Part shown: positions 7,681 through 17,619 of the stretch, in pieces
How the letters are laid out: each line of letters begins with the position of its first letter
Position numbering within the stretch: position 1 is the first letter of the stretch
From: a virus
Taxonomy: Duplodnaviria; Caudoviricetes
IMG/VR virus record: IMGVR_UViG_3300050016_000060
Span: 1-59,104 of that record
Length of the DNA: 59,104 bases
Strand: one strand, 5' to 3'
Notes under the pieces: generated by a model
Seen by the model: only the letters and a program-made list of their open reading frames with translations
Told to the model about the DNA's origin: nothing
Database searches by the model: none
Position numbers and translations under genes: made by a program

Positions 7681-9219
7681 ATGAAAAGCGATAACCTGCA
7701 ACCGCCGTTCCTGGGGCCGCAGTTCCCGATCTACCCGCATTTGATGCAGTTGATCCGCGTCACGGACGCTACGCCGATTCCTACGTCTAGCTCGTCGTCA
7801 TCGTCTAGCATCCAAGGCAATTACGTCTTTGCGGCAAAAACGCAGCAACAGCTTGACGTAACGGTTGCCGTGCGGGATAGGGAAGATTGCTATTTGTACG
7901 ATCCGAACGGGACTGATCTGATCGAACATATTTACACGGCCCGTCTGGTTGGCTCTTACGCTGGCTTGCCGCTGTATGCGACAACGGACGCTGTGACTTC
8001 ATCCGTTATCTACGTCTACCCCGGCATAGGCAATCCGCCGCCAGCGTATAACAGCGGTAAAACGTATGGCCAAGGCGACATCGTAAGCGACGGTGCAACC
8101 CCTAATCATGCCTTTGGCTGTTTGGTCGATGGCACGGTGGGCATTTCTCCGGTTGCCGGCCCGAATTGGGCCGATCTAGGCACGGACGTTTATTTCTTCG
8201 CCGCCAATTTGACATCCTTGGTTAATGGCGGATGGGCCGTTGGCGCTGCTATCCAAGCAAGAGAGATGAACGGACTGGCGACGGTTCCGCCTGGCTACTA
8301 TATCGCCGTCTACGAAGAGATCGAGAATGGGATTGCGACATGGGCATTCAGCGGTTTTAGACTGTTGAGATTGCTGAATACGGTTTACAACGCTAATCCT
8401 ACTGGCGGTCCAACGCTACCGACTATCGTGGAGTTCACAGGCTCAGCCCCGGCATGGAGCGCCGGCACATATCAGATGGGTGAGCATGTCAAGTGGACGG
8501 ACGGAAACGAGTACATTTCAAACTCGAATGCGAACGCAGTCGATCCAAGCAATAGCACATGGGACAGTCTCGGCAGCGTTTTGAATTTCGGCCCGCAATG
8601 GATTGTGATTCCGCAGATTGACAACGCTGGATTGCCGGCAGGACCGGCCTCGCCGAAAGTTTCTATCGGAACGATGAACAATCAGGCGCAGTTCTTTGTC
8701 GGCTTAAAAACATTCGACGCCAATATCAACATTGGTGCTGCCTACACCGGAACGTACACGGAAATCTTGGATCAGAGCGTGACAGTGTTTGAGGCAGACG
8801 GAAGCTATGCTTTTATAGGGTACGAAGGCGGGATAAGCGCCCTTGCATTATTAGTGAATACTTTTGGAGTAAGTCACACGGAGGTTACTGATGGATACAT
8901 AACTGCCTATGATGCTGATGCCGCTTCGGGAGGATTCACGACTGGCCTTCAATTCGACACGACAACAGGAACGGTAGTAGCATTCGCCAGCAATTACACC
9001 CATCCTTGTTATGCCGTTTTCGGGGCATTTGGCGTCGGATTGCAACAAGGTTTGTGGGAAACGTATGCCGGATGTTATTTTGCCGGTGGTCTTTACGTTG
9101 GCCATGCCATTCCGCCAATCGTGGCCGATGGAACTTATACGGTTGGGTTGGGCGTGACGACAGACGGTACGATCACGATAACCAACGGCGCTATTACATT
9201 TATTCAACAGGCATCGTGA
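7681..9219 (+). CDS. Tail fibre / receptor-binding-like protein with CBM5/12-like modules
   Basis: 512 aa Gly/Thr/aromatic-rich; AYNSGKTYGQGDIV and AWSAGTYQMGEHVKW carbohydrate-binding-type motifs; C-terminal TITITNGAIT. Confidence 0.65.
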   Translation: MKSDNLQPPFLGPQFPIYPHLMQLIRVTDATPIPTSSSSSSSSIQGNYVFAAKTQQQLDVTVAVRDREDCYLYDPNGTDLIEHIYTARLVGSYAGLPLYATTDAVTSSVIYVYPGIGNPPPAYNSGKTYGQGDIVSDGATPNHAFGCLVDGTVGISPVAGPNWADLGTDVYFFAANLTSLVNGGWAVGAAIQAREMNGLATVPPGYYIAVYEEIENGIATWAFSGFRLLRLLNTVYNANPTGGPTLPTIVEFTGSAPAWSAGTYQMGEHVKWTDGNEYISNSNANAVDPSNSTWDSLGSVLNFGPQWIVIPQIDNAGLPAGPASPKVSIGTMNNQAQFFVGLKTFDANINIGAAYTGTYTEILDQSVTVFEADGSYAFIGYEGGISALALLVNTFGVSHTEVTDGYITAYDADAASGGFTTGLQFDTTTGTVVAFASNYTHPCYAVFGAFGVGLQQGLWETYAGCYFAGGLYVGHAIPPIVADGTYTVGLGVTTDGTITITNGAITFIQQAS

Positions 9220-9226
9220 GGTACTC

Positions 9227-9757
9227 ATGGCAGGAACGCTAGGAACCGCCGCATTGCAACCTACCAGCGCCTTCGTGAGTTCAACCGCGCTGACCACGAA
9301 GGGCGATTTGTTGGCCTACAGCACCGCGATTGCTCGCCTCGGCGTTGGCTCAAATGGCCAAGTCCTGTCGGCGGATTCTACGCAGACAACTGGCCTGAAA
9401 TGGGTAGCTGCTGGCGGGTCTGGGACAGTAACAACCGTCTCCGTCGTCACCGCCAACGGCGTCAGTGGCAGCGTGGCTAACCCGACAACTGCGCCAGCGC
9501 TTACCTTGACAGTATCGCCAACGGCCATCGGCCTCTACGCCGGCAGCTTCTCGCAAGTTGGCACGGCAACCACGACGTTCACGGTTACAATAGGGGTGAC
9601 ATTGGCGGCGAACACTTTCAAGGTGAACGTGACGCCAACGGCGCTGCTGAGCGCGGCGGCGTTCTATGTGACGAACAAAACCACGACGACGTTCGACGTG
9701 GTTTACTTGGCAGGGCTGACCGGCACGGTGACGTTCGATTGGATTCTCAAGACGTGA
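9227..9757 (+). CDS. Tail fibre-like structural protein
   Basis: TTKGDLL...RLGVGSNGQVLSADS..TGLKW, GTVTTVSV, KTTTTFDV motifs typical of fibre repeats. Confidence 0.7.
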   Translation: MAGTLGTAALQPTSAFVSSTALTTKGDLLAYSTAIARLGVGSNGQVLSADSTQTTGLKWVAAGGSGTVTTVSVVTANGVSGSVANPTTAPALTLTVSPTAIGLYAGSFSQVGTATTTFTVTIGVTLAANTFKVNVTPTALLSAAAFYVTNKTTTTFDVVYLAGLTGTVTFDWILKT

Positions 9758-9764
9758 TTTCCTC

Positions 9765-9793
9765 TTGACGCCTCACTTTCATTTCTGTATTCT
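9765..9793 (+). promoter_or_regulatory. Sigma70-type promoter of RHH / glycosylation operon
   Basis: TTGACG-17-TATTCT. Confidence 0.6.
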
Positions 9794-9801
9794 TGTCAAA
9801 C

Positions 9802-9978
9802 ATGGCAACGGTTAAACAGCAAACACGAATCCTGGCCTTGCGCGCGCCGGAAGAAACATGCAAGACGATTGAACGCATCGCGGCGCAGCGAACGATCCGC
9901 ACGGGCAAGCGTTGCACGACGACGGACCTCTTGCGAGAGGCCGTTGCGGAGAAGATCAAGAGGGAGACGAAATCGTGA
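9802..9978 (+). CDS. Ribbon-helix-helix DNA-binding protein
   Basis: ILALRAPEE...IERIA...TTTDLLREAV pattern. Confidence 0.6.
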   Translation: MATVKQQTRILALRAPEETCKTIERIAAQRTIRTGKRCTTTDLLREAVAEKIKRETKS

Positions 9979-10217
9979 AAAAACAATGCCTTAACTGTCG
10001 ATTCTGGGAGGACTGTGAGCCGGAAGAAAAGCCGTATCCAGAAGAAATTGTGCCAGGTTGCGGAGTAACCTTCTTGTCGAAATATGGTATTTGCCGACGT
10101 TATCCTCCCGATCCTTGCCCACCGGAAGGAAACCACGGATGGGCGGTTCTGAACTTTAGCGAATGGTGCGGAGAGTGGAAACCGATTGCGGCAAAAATAA
10201 AGAGGGAGGCGAGATGA
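9975..10217 (+). CDS. Cys-rich hypothetical phage protein
   Basis: CLNCRFW...CRRYPP...WCGEWK. Confidence 0.65.
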   Translation: MKKQCLNCRFWEDCEPEEKPYPEEIVPGCGVTFLSKYGICRRYPPDPCPPEGNHGWAVLNFSEWCGEWKPIAAKIKREAR

Positions 10218-11146
10218 AGATTCTTTTCGTCACCCATCGAGGGGGCGATTATTTGGCCTCGATGATTTGGGACGGCGCACAATCGCTCTTTGGTGAAGAG
10301 AACGTCTACGATGCCGTGAACAATCCTGGCCTTCACGCGGGCGGCGACTGGAATCCCATGTCCCGAATCAGCGGCACGCGGCAAGGGAAAATTCTTGGTG
10401 ATGAAGGCGACTTCGACTTGATGATCCTGAACGCTTGCTTTCTCCGCGATTTCGATTGGTCCCTTCCCGGCAAGTTACGCGAACGCATGAAGCCACGGGC
10501 GAAGATTGCTTACGTCGAAGGATGGGACTCGGCAGCGGAGCATCACGAACCGCCAACGTGGATGCGGATTAGTGATTGCTTCCGACGCGAGATTGATCCA
10601 TCCATCCGGTATCCGTTCCTTCGCGTTTGGCCGCTTTCGTTCGCAGCCCCGGAGCGATGGTTCGATGGAGCGGAGAGCAATGATCGACCGTGGGATTTAT
10701 TCTTCGCGGGAGCGGTGGACGGTTCAGGCGATACGTCGCCAGTTCGTTGGGATATGCTCGCTCCCATGTTCCAGACGCGGACGAAGCATCATTCGATGAT
10801 TGCCACGGGCAGCATCGGCATGGATGGCTACTTCGATATGCTCCGCAAGAGTAGGATAGGATTGTGCCCACCAGGGGCGGCGCAGAGCGTGGCCATGCGT
10901 GCGTTTGAAATCGTGGCTTGCGGGGCAATACCGTTTTTCATCGGAATGCCGCAATGGGAGCGTGATCCGTGGTTTGGTCCCGATACGTCGTTCTCTTGTC
11001 AGCTTGCATCGGGCTTGCCGGACATGATCGCCGCAGCGTTACGAAGCGATCTTGAGCCGATGCGGTTGGCGTGCATCGCTCATGCTAGGCAGCATCACAC
11101 GACGAAGGCCCGCGTACAGCAAATGCTGGAAAGGATGGGGGTATGA
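10214..11146 (+). CDS. Glycosyltransferase (GT-B, Glyco_trans_1_2/CgeB-like)
   Basis: Y.DML.KSRIGLCPPG....MRAFEIVACGA...HHT...RV motif; GGAGG RBS. Confidence 0.75.
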   Translation: MKILFVTHRGGDYLASMIWDGAQSLFGEENVYDAVNNPGLHAGGDWNPMSRISGTRQGKILGDEGDFDLMILNACFLRDFDWSLPGKLRERMKPRAKIAYVEGWDSAAEHHEPPTWMRISDCFRREIDPSIRYPFLRVWPLSFAAPERWFDGAESNDRPWDLFFAGAVDGSGDTSPVRWDMLAPMFQTRTKHHSMIATGSIGMDGYFDMLRKSRIGLCPPGAAQSVAMRAFEIVACGAIPFFIGMPQWERDPWFGPDTSFSCQLASGLPDMIAAALRSDLEPMRLACIAHARQHHTTKARVQQMLERMGV

Positions 11147-11529
11147 GCATGTATGGCGAGTACAACATGGAACCGGACTACGCTCAAACGTATCGCGAAA
11201 ACAAGAGCGATGAAGCGATACGCACCAAAATGTCCATGCTTGAAGGCTTGGCGAAAGCGTTCCTGGACCATACCGGCTTGACGCCTGATCGCGTCGAATT
11301 GTGCCAACAAACGCGCGGAGCGGAAATTGTCTGGTACTTTCGAGAGCGGATAGAATTGCCCATTGTCCAGAGCGAACTAACCTATCGCGGAGTGTCTTTC
11401 GTTGGTCACATAACGCCAGCAGGAACATTGGCAATGCACGCCACGCCCGTTACCGTCCCCGAACCGGAAGAGGAAGCCGACGAAGAAGATGACGACGGAG
11501 CCGACACGCCGATCATCGTGGACGCCTAA
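11143..11529 (+). CDS. Hypothetical protein with acidic tail
   Basis: 128 aa ORF, ATGA overlap. Confidence 0.6.
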   Translation: MSMYGEYNMEPDYAQTYRENKSDEAIRTKMSMLEGLAKAFLDHTGLTPDRVELCQQTRGAEIVWYFRERIELPIVQSELTYRGVSFVGHITPAGTLAMHATPVTVPEPEEEADEEDDDGADTPIIVDA

Positions 11530-11531
11530 CG

Positions 11532-12527
11532 ATGCCCGCATACAGCTACTACGCCGAACAGCGCAACCTCTGGCAGCATGGACCCGCCATGAACGACTAC
11601 GCTGACAAACGACTGGCCCCGCAAAGCAAGCTGGCGTTGCATACGCAGTTTGCGGAGTACATGAGCGGGAAGCGGGTTTACCCGATCAACTTGGAAATAT
11701 CTCCAAGCGGTATTTGCCAAGCATCGTGCGATTTCTGTTTCTATGCGAATACCGGCGAGCTAGGTCATCATCGCAACGTCATGCTCGACACGGAGCGGGC
11801 GAAATTCCTCTTGCTCGAATGCCAAGAACTAGGCATCAAGTCCGTATCGTGGACTGGCGGTGGAGAGCCGACGTTGCATCCGCATTTCGAGCATCTCGTT
11901 GAAACCGCTCGCTACGCTGGATTGGAGCAAGGGCTTTTCACGAACGCTCTCGCCGCTCCGAAATACGATCCTCAATTACTCGCATGGGTCCGCGTAACGA
12001 TGACGGACAAGCCATTTCGCCCGGACTACATCAAGGCGTTGCGAACGTGCAAAACGGTTGGGATAGCGTTCAACTACAGCGGCCCACAAGATGACGCCTA
12101 TCTGCGTGACGTGCTGGCGATGGCGGTTGAGTGCCAAGTTTCGTATGTCCAGTGCAGGCCGGCCTTGAAGTTCCACGGGGAGACAACGGACATCGAGCCG
12201 CCGTCCATTGTGCATCCGTTGCTCCATATCACCGCGTATAAGTTCGACGAAGCACGCAAGCCGCATGGCACGCACTACGCGACATGCGAAGGATACCATC
12301 TTTCACCTATGTGCTGGGAAGACGGGAACGTAGATATTTGTTCGTACATGAGGCAGCATGAAGGATTCACGCTCGGCAATATCTACAAGCAAACGCTGAA
12401 AGAAATCCTTGACGCGGCTCCGCAAGATGTGCCTGTGCATAAGTGCTGCCAGGTAGCCTGCCGGCTGCATGAGACGAACCGCATGATCCATGCTTCACGA
12501 CGTATTGAAGATCGGAATTTTCCATGA
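11532..12527 (+). CDS. Radical SAM protein with SPASM/twitch domain
   Basis: CQASCDFC, TGGGEPTLHP, FTNA, C-terminal C...DGNVDIC...LGNI...CC..AC. Confidence 0.9.
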   Translation: MPAYSYYAEQRNLWQHGPAMNDYADKRLAPQSKLALHTQFAEYMSGKRVYPINLEISPSGICQASCDFCFYANTGELGHHRNVMLDTERAKFLLLECQELGIKSVSWTGGGEPTLHPHFEHLVETARYAGLEQGLFTNALAAPKYDPQLLAWVRVTMTDKPFRPDYIKALRTCKTVGIAFNYSGPQDDAYLRDVLAMAVECQVSYVQCRPALKFHGETTDIEPPSIVHPLLHITAYKFDEARKPHGTHYATCEGYHLSPMCWEDGNVDICSYMRQHEGFTLGNIYKQTLKEILDAAPQDVPVHKCCQVACRLHETNRMIHASRRIEDRNFP

Positions 12528-12970
12528 GCGAAATCGAAGTGCTTGACTTTTGTGCCCGTTTGCGGATAGCGATGTTGTATGCCGTTAATCATGGTCTTCG
12601 TGTAGAGGCTCATTTCGAGAATGGTCTTTACACGGACGCCGGGAAAATCAGGGCCGGAGTTTTCATTCATTACCAAAAAGACAAAGACGCGGTTCCGACA
12701 ACTAACTACAAGCCATTGACGGATGCGGAACGCAAGGAACTCCACAAGCCGTTGACGGAGGAATATGTCGCCCATTTCGGTGAAGGCCAGATTGCCCGTG
12801 ATGCAAGGCGACAACTGGCGAGAGAAATTGCCATAAAATGCAAGGAAGGCATACCCCTGGATTCCGAACCTACTTGCTCCGGCAACATGAAAGATGTCAC
12901 GTTCAGGATATTCAAAACGCGCGACGACGAACCGCCGCCTGAGCCTGAGATTGTGGAGAGGAAGCCGTGA
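12524..12970 (+). CDS. Hypothetical protein
   Basis: 148 aa ORF, ATGA overlap. Confidence 0.6.
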   Translation: MSEIEVLDFCARLRIAMLYAVNHGLRVEAHFENGLYTDAGKIRAGVFIHYQKDKDAVPTTNYKPLTDAERKELHKPLTEEYVAHFGEGQIARDARRQLAREIAIKCKEGIPLDSEPTCSGNMKDVTFRIFKTRDDEPPPEPEIVERKP

Positions 12971-13200
12971 GAATAGGATTGCCTTGTACAAAACGCATGA
13001 CGACTAAAGATGCAAGGATATTTTGCAATCAATTAAAAAAGGTGATGCTCAAGACTATTGCTGCAAACGAGCCTGTAACGGCATCATACGGTGATTGCTT
13101 TGGCGGATCAGGGAGGGGAATTGTATTTATTGAGCGTTCAATTGCTTGTAATGTTAGATCAATAATGAGGTCCATCAGATCGCGGAAAAAGAACCCATGA
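12967..13200 (+). CDS. Hypothetical basic protein (lower GC)
   Basis: Overlapping start and stop with both neighbours. Confidence 0.5.
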   Translation: MRIGLPCTKRMTTKDARIFCNQLKKVMLKTIAANEPVTASYGDCFGGSGRGIVFIERSIACNVRSIMRSIRSRKKNP

Positions 13201-14294
13201 CCGCAAATGAAGTCACAATCTGCACATGCACCCTAGGCGATTCCGCCTTGCATCTCGGCACTCAGCTTGCAGAATTGCGGCGATTCACCAAACGTCGTTT
13301 TCGTCAAATCGTCGTCGATGATGGGACTGCCGACGAAACCATGAAGTGCAACCAGCACAAAGAATGCCTTCATAACGGTGCGCTATGGCTAGAAAATCTC
13401 GGCCCGACGTATGGCTGTTCGTATTCGTGGAATGCCGCTCTTGAGGAAGTGCAAACGCCGTGGGCCTTCTTGATCGAGGACGGCTTGCGTCCCGGCGTCG
13501 GCTGGCTCGAAACCGCTCTGGATTTCATCGCCAAGATCGGCAACCGCTCTTGGCACGGTCACAAGGTAGGCATGGCCGGATTCTCCCATATTCAGGACTG
13601 GACGCTCCGCATGGCCGGCGTGATTCCGTCCGACCTATCGACGATGGAATGGTGGAAACAGCAAGGCTATCGGGATTTCTACGGAAGCGATTGGAACGAC
13701 GGCTATTGGTGCTGGCCACGGATCGCGGGCGGATTGCTGGCGAATGCGGAAGAACTGACCGATGAGCCGCTTGTTGCACGGAAGATCATGCAAAACGCGA
13801 TGGAGATTCCCGCCGAAATCAAGCATGACGAAAACTTTGTGAAGGACCACGACAACTACAAGCTATCTACGTTTCCTGGCAAGTCCCGCTGGCCGCGTTT
13901 CCGCTCGGCAAAGTGCGACTGGTATCCCGGCGCGTTCATGCTCGTCAACATGGACGCATGGCGAGCCGTTGGCAAGTTCCGCGACGGTTGCACGTTCTAC
14001 GAAGGGCATCTAGGCATACGCATGGGTCAGCATGGGTATCTATCGTTGGCCGTGGAAGGCCCGCCGTTTCTGCATACGCCGTCGCTTGGCTTCACGGCAG
14101 GGCCGAAAGTAGGCAAGACGCCACGGCTGCACCTGGACGTGCGGGATACGTTCCTTGCAGATTTTGGCTACGACAACATCGAGGCTCCGCGATTGGCAAA
14201 TGCGGTTGTGTCGCTGGGCACGCAGGCGAAGATTAACGCGGAACTTGCCAAGGTGGAATTGTGGATGGATGAGGGATGGGAGAAATGGCTATGA
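13197..14294 (+). CDS. Glycosyltransferase family 2-like (GT-A)
   Basis: IVVDDGT, G.SYSWN, FLIED, GAFMLV...W..VG.F. Confidence 0.75.
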   Translation: MTANEVTICTCTLGDSALHLGTQLAELRRFTKRRFRQIVVDDGTADETMKCNQHKECLHNGALWLENLGPTYGCSYSWNAALEEVQTPWAFLIEDGLRPGVGWLETALDFIAKIGNRSWHGHKVGMAGFSHIQDWTLRMAGVIPSDLSTMEWWKQQGYRDFYGSDWNDGYWCWPRIAGGLLANAEELTDEPLVARKIMQNAMEIPAEIKHDENFVKDHDNYKLSTFPGKSRWPRFRSAKCDWYPGAFMLVNMDAWRAVGKFRDGCTFYEGHLGIRMGQHGYLSLAVEGPPFLHTPSLGFTAGPKVGKTPRLHLDVRDTFLADFGYDNIEAPRLANAVVSLGTQAKINAELAKVELWMDEGWEKWL

Positions 14295-14491
14295 CGCCTG
14301 AACAATTACTAGCCGAATGGCAAGCTGCCAGGAAAGAATATCGCCTCTTGGATGACGAATGCACAGCGGCTTGGCGTGCCAAAGAGAACGAACGAACGCC
14401 AGCTAAGGACGCCTACAATAACGCACGCGAAGCAAAAGAAAAGGCGTTTTCTAAAATGTGTGAACTGCAACGACAGATGGAGAATTCATGA
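14291..14491 (+). CDS. Small coiled-coil hypothetical protein
   Basis: ATGA overlaps on both sides. Confidence 0.55.
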   Translation: MTPEQLLAEWQAARKEYRLLDDECTAAWRAKENERTPAKDAYNNAREAKEKAFSKMCELQRQMENS

Positions 14492-16369
14492 TTACGGTGT
14501 TGCTTTGACTTTCCCCACGGCCTCGGCGACGTACAGCAGCTTTCCGTCGTCCTCAAGCATCTCCGCAAATACCGTCCCGATTGGGCGGTTGACGTGAAGG
14601 TAGGCTACGGCAAGCATACGTGCCTTGCGGGAGTCTGCCGAAATGTTTTCACGGACAAGGACAAGCTAACCGGCGATTACAACACGAAGATAATGATTCC
14701 CTTCTTTGAAAATTGCCAATACTATACCGACCGCCCAAACAGCAAGGTCACGAACTGCCTGCGGGATGTGTTCGGCCTCGACTACGATCCATCGCTAGGA
14801 CGCTACGAGTGCCCGCGAAGCATCGAGAAAATGAACGTCGTCGCCGCATATCTCGCCTCGATTGGATGCAAGAGCAAAGAGCCGTGGAAGTGGAACGCCG
14901 TCGTCCTGCACTACGAAGGCAATACCTCTTGCCACAAGAAAAACCTACGCCATTGGCAGGTATCCGCATTATGCGATTCCATCCTCGAAGCTGGCCGCGT
15001 GCCGATCATCCTCGATTGGGACAAGCGAAGTACCGTGTACGATCAACGGGACATTTTCTGCCCCGTTGTTTCTCCCGATGACATCTGGGGGGGATTCGGC
15101 AGCGGAGACGCGGAGACGATTGCCTGCCTCATCTCACAAGCCGAAGCGTTCATCGGCATCGACAGCGGGCCAGGCAAGATTTCGTCATCGACCGATACAC
15201 CTTCGTTGCATTGCTGGATCGGGCATCACCCGATGCAATTTCACGATCCGGCTCCGAACACGACACACCTATTGCCGATCACGCATGATCGGTTGGACCC
15301 ATGCCGCGACAAACCGGAAATCCTTGACTACTTCAAGGAGCATTATCTCCACCGTACCTACATCGGGGAGCATGGGCTAGTGCAAGAGGGGCAGAAGTGG
15401 CTGGCCGAGGTCATTGGCAGTCCGCTCCCGTCGAATCAAAGGCCGGTCAAGTTCGTGCTGCCAAGCGGGATCGGTGATTGCGTTTGGGCCTTGCACAAAA
15501 TCCGTGCGATTGCCAACGGCAGGCCGATAGACGTGATTATCAGCGGCAATGCCAACAACGAAATCGAGAGGCGAGCGCTGCCATTTTTGAAGCGGTTCGA
15601 TTTCATTCGCTCGGCAGCGGTCCTCGATGTATCCGTGCTGATCGACCATAGCGATCCGGCAGACGCCAAGGGCCGCTATCGGTACGTGCCGGATGGGTTG
15701 AAGGGGAATCACCATTTCCTCATTCCGAACGCTACCTTGGAGCGGGGAGAGCGGTTGGAGACGTGGTTGCCGGAATATCCTATCGACTGGAAAACGATGG
15801 ACAGTTTCGATTGGTCCGGTACGGAGAAGGGGACGGAAGCGGGGAAGAAATTGCAACCGTTCGCGGCGTTCTATCTTGGCCCTGAGACTGGGAACACGGG
15901 AGAGGGGCACAATCGCGGTTCGCTCTGGACGCCTGGGCAATGGGTTGAATTAGGCAAAGCGTTGACGGATCGCGGCTTGCAGATTGCGATTGTCGGCGCG
16001 TCGTATGACCGTAGCTATTGGGAGCGGTTTGTGCGGCCAGAAGTTGAGCGGTCTGGAATGCAATGGGTTGACATGATCGGCAAGTTTGAAATCGGCGAGA
16101 CGTTCGCTTTTCTGCGGGAAGCGAAACTACTCTGTTCGTATCAATGCGGTCTGGCCATCGTCGGCCATTACATCGGCATGAACGTGATAACGTGGTGGCG
16201 CAGAGCCGGCGCGTCCATTCACCCGCACCGGCTCATTTCGTTCAATGAGGCGATGAAAGATAGCTGGACTAATCCAGCGTTGGCTGATCGGTACATCGGA
16301 GCAATTTACGGACGCGAAACGGTTGCCGATTTGCTTGGCGAAATTGACGCTAGGGGATGGACGCGATGA
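14488..16369 (+). CDS. Tandem GT9 (ADP-heptose heptosyltransferase-like) protein; needs a +1 frameshift at CTT-TGA-C (14503-14509)
   Basis: Two GT9-like halves (FPHGLGD...FIGIDSGP; LPSGIGD...W.ELGKAL...ETFAFL..A); ATG 14488 with GGAG RBS is out of frame by one base. Confidence 0.75.
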
Positions 16370-16581
16370 GGCTGGACATCGACGGCGTGACCGTGCCTAT
16401 CGGAGAGATGCACCTTTTCACGCTTCGCTTTTACCAGAAAGGCGGGAGCGGCATTGGCGAACTCTTGACCATCGAGCCGACGCTTTACATGGACGGAAAA
16501 CGGGTAACGCGATGCTGGCGAATGGTTATGGATATTTCGATCTTGCCCGATGAACACGGCGGAAACGCTAATACGCAATAA
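16366..16581 (+). CDS. Hypothetical protein
   Basis: ATGA overlap; 71 aa. Confidence 0.55.
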   Translation: MRLDIDGVTVPIGEMHLFTLRFYQKGGSGIGELLTIEPTLYMDGKRVTRCWRMVMDISILPDEHGGNANTQ

Positions 16582-16596
16582 AAAAAAATGACGGAT

Positions 16597-16638
16597 GATG
16601 ACATGCACGCTTTCGATTTCAGCCGATCGCTCGTCATC
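16597..16638 (-). ncRNA. TIGR-like guide unit 7 (last; followed by U-tract, doubles as terminator)
   Basis: GATGA-CGA-gcgatcggc-TGAAATCG-aaagcgtgca-TG-TCATC then T9. Confidence 0.8.
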
Positions 16639-16654
16639 TATCCGCCCTGGGCCT

Positions 16655-16694
16655 CCGGCACGTTCCGCTTCGGTTACAAGCCACGGTGCGCCGG
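16655..16694 (-). ncRNA. TIGR-like guide unit 6 (overlaps Tas stop codon)
   Basis: CCGG-CGC-accgtggct-TGTAACCG-aagcggaacg-TG-CCGG. Confidence 0.75.
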
Positions 16695-17465
16695 GTGATC
16701 GTTCCATTCAATCCAAAGCATCTTGAGGAAAAGTTTCGTCGCCAGCAACATGCCGTGCAAATGGCAACGCAGCTTTTTGTAATCGGGATGCGCCGCCTGA
16801 AACGTCGCCTTGGCTTCGTCGTAACGTGCCCGATAGATCGAATGATTTTGCTTCATTAACCCTTCCCCGATCAGGTAGGCAATCGAACGCCGACGAGGTG
16901 AATAGCCGAACTTCTCCCACTCTTCGGACGGCAATTTACCTTCCTTGCCGCGCCTCCACGTCGCTCCCATTGCTGTCTTGCCGTTGAAGATCAACGGGGC
17001 ACAACCGAGCCGCTTCCATACTTTTGCCGGATTGGCATAGTTGGCAAGGTCGCCAGTCTCGCCGATGACGATGGCGAGAAAGAGCAAGCCAAAACCGCGT
17101 TGCTCCGGTTTCTCGACCCATGCCTTGATCGGCAGTTTCTTGGCATATTGGAGCATGTTCTTTTCGATGGCATCCTTCTGCGCCTCAAAAGCATTGATGC
17201 CAATCAGCGTTGTCAGCACGATGGGCTTGAGCGGATGGTCCGCTCCCTCTTCCTCGATTGCCTTGATCTTAGCCGACGCCTCGATGAACTTCTTCGCTCG
17301 TTCCTCTTTGGTCATTGTCGTGCAATAGCCGAGCGTACCGGCAACTATTGCTTGCAAGCGATTGGATTGCATGTTGCGGCTTTTGACGATGATGCTACGT
17401 TGCCGCTGGAGCGGGACAAGTTGATCGACGATCAAGGCAATAGGACGTTTCGGCTGCATTGACAT
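16674..17465 (-). CDS. tasA: TasA-like Nop/IS110 Transposase_20-domain RNA-binding protein lacking a nuclease domain (263 aa)
   Basis: Coiled-coil N-terminus, RGFGLLFLAIVIGETGDLANYANPAKVWKRLGCAP, C-terminal H.HGMLLATKLFLKMLWIEW; no DEDD RuvC domain; AAAGGA RBS; flanked by guide units. Confidence 0.75.
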   Translation of the reverse strand: MSMQPKRPIALIVDQLVPLQRQRSIIVKSRNMQSNRLQAIVAGTLGYCTTMTKEERAKKFIEASAKIKAIEEEGADHPLKPIVLTTLIGINAFEAQKDAIEKNMLQYAKKLPIKAWVEKPEQRGFGLLFLAIVIGETGDLANYANPAKVWKRLGCAPLIFNGKTAMGATWRRGKEGKLPSEEWEKFGYSPRRRSIAYLIGEGLMKQNHSIYRARYDEAKATFQAAHPDYKKLRCHLHGMLLATKLFLKMLWIEWNDHPAHRGL

Positions 17466-17492
17466 GGTGTTTCCTTTCGGTTTGGGTGATTC

Positions 17493-17536
17493 TCTTGGCA
17501 TGATGCCACTCGGTTTCAAAGGATATCTCGTCAAGA
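17493..17536 (-). ncRNA. TIGR-like guide unit 5
   Basis: TCTTGA-CGA-gatatcctt-TGAAACCG-agtggcatca-TG-CCAAGA. Confidence 0.8.
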
Positions 17537-17539
17537 AGG

Positions 17540-17619
17540 TGCAAAAGAAGTCAGTAGAGGTTAATAACGCCTGGGTCGATTACACGAGCGTAGTCATTAG
17601 CCTACTGACTTCTTTTGCA
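17540..17619 (-). ncRNA. TIGR-like guide unit 4 with extended 18-bp outer stem
   Basis: Perfect IR 17540-17557/17602-17619 enclosing TGA-ctacgctcg-TGTAATCG-acccaggcgt-TA. Confidence 0.7.

Noticed and set aside
9754-9775. Additional TIR copy
   Set aside because: One base short and lacks terminal GG; explained by a -35 box
16674-17534. Intact IS110 insertion sequence
   Set aside because: No N-terminal DEDD RuvC domain or recognisable catalytic Ser motif; surrounded by multiple dual-spacer units rather than IS ends
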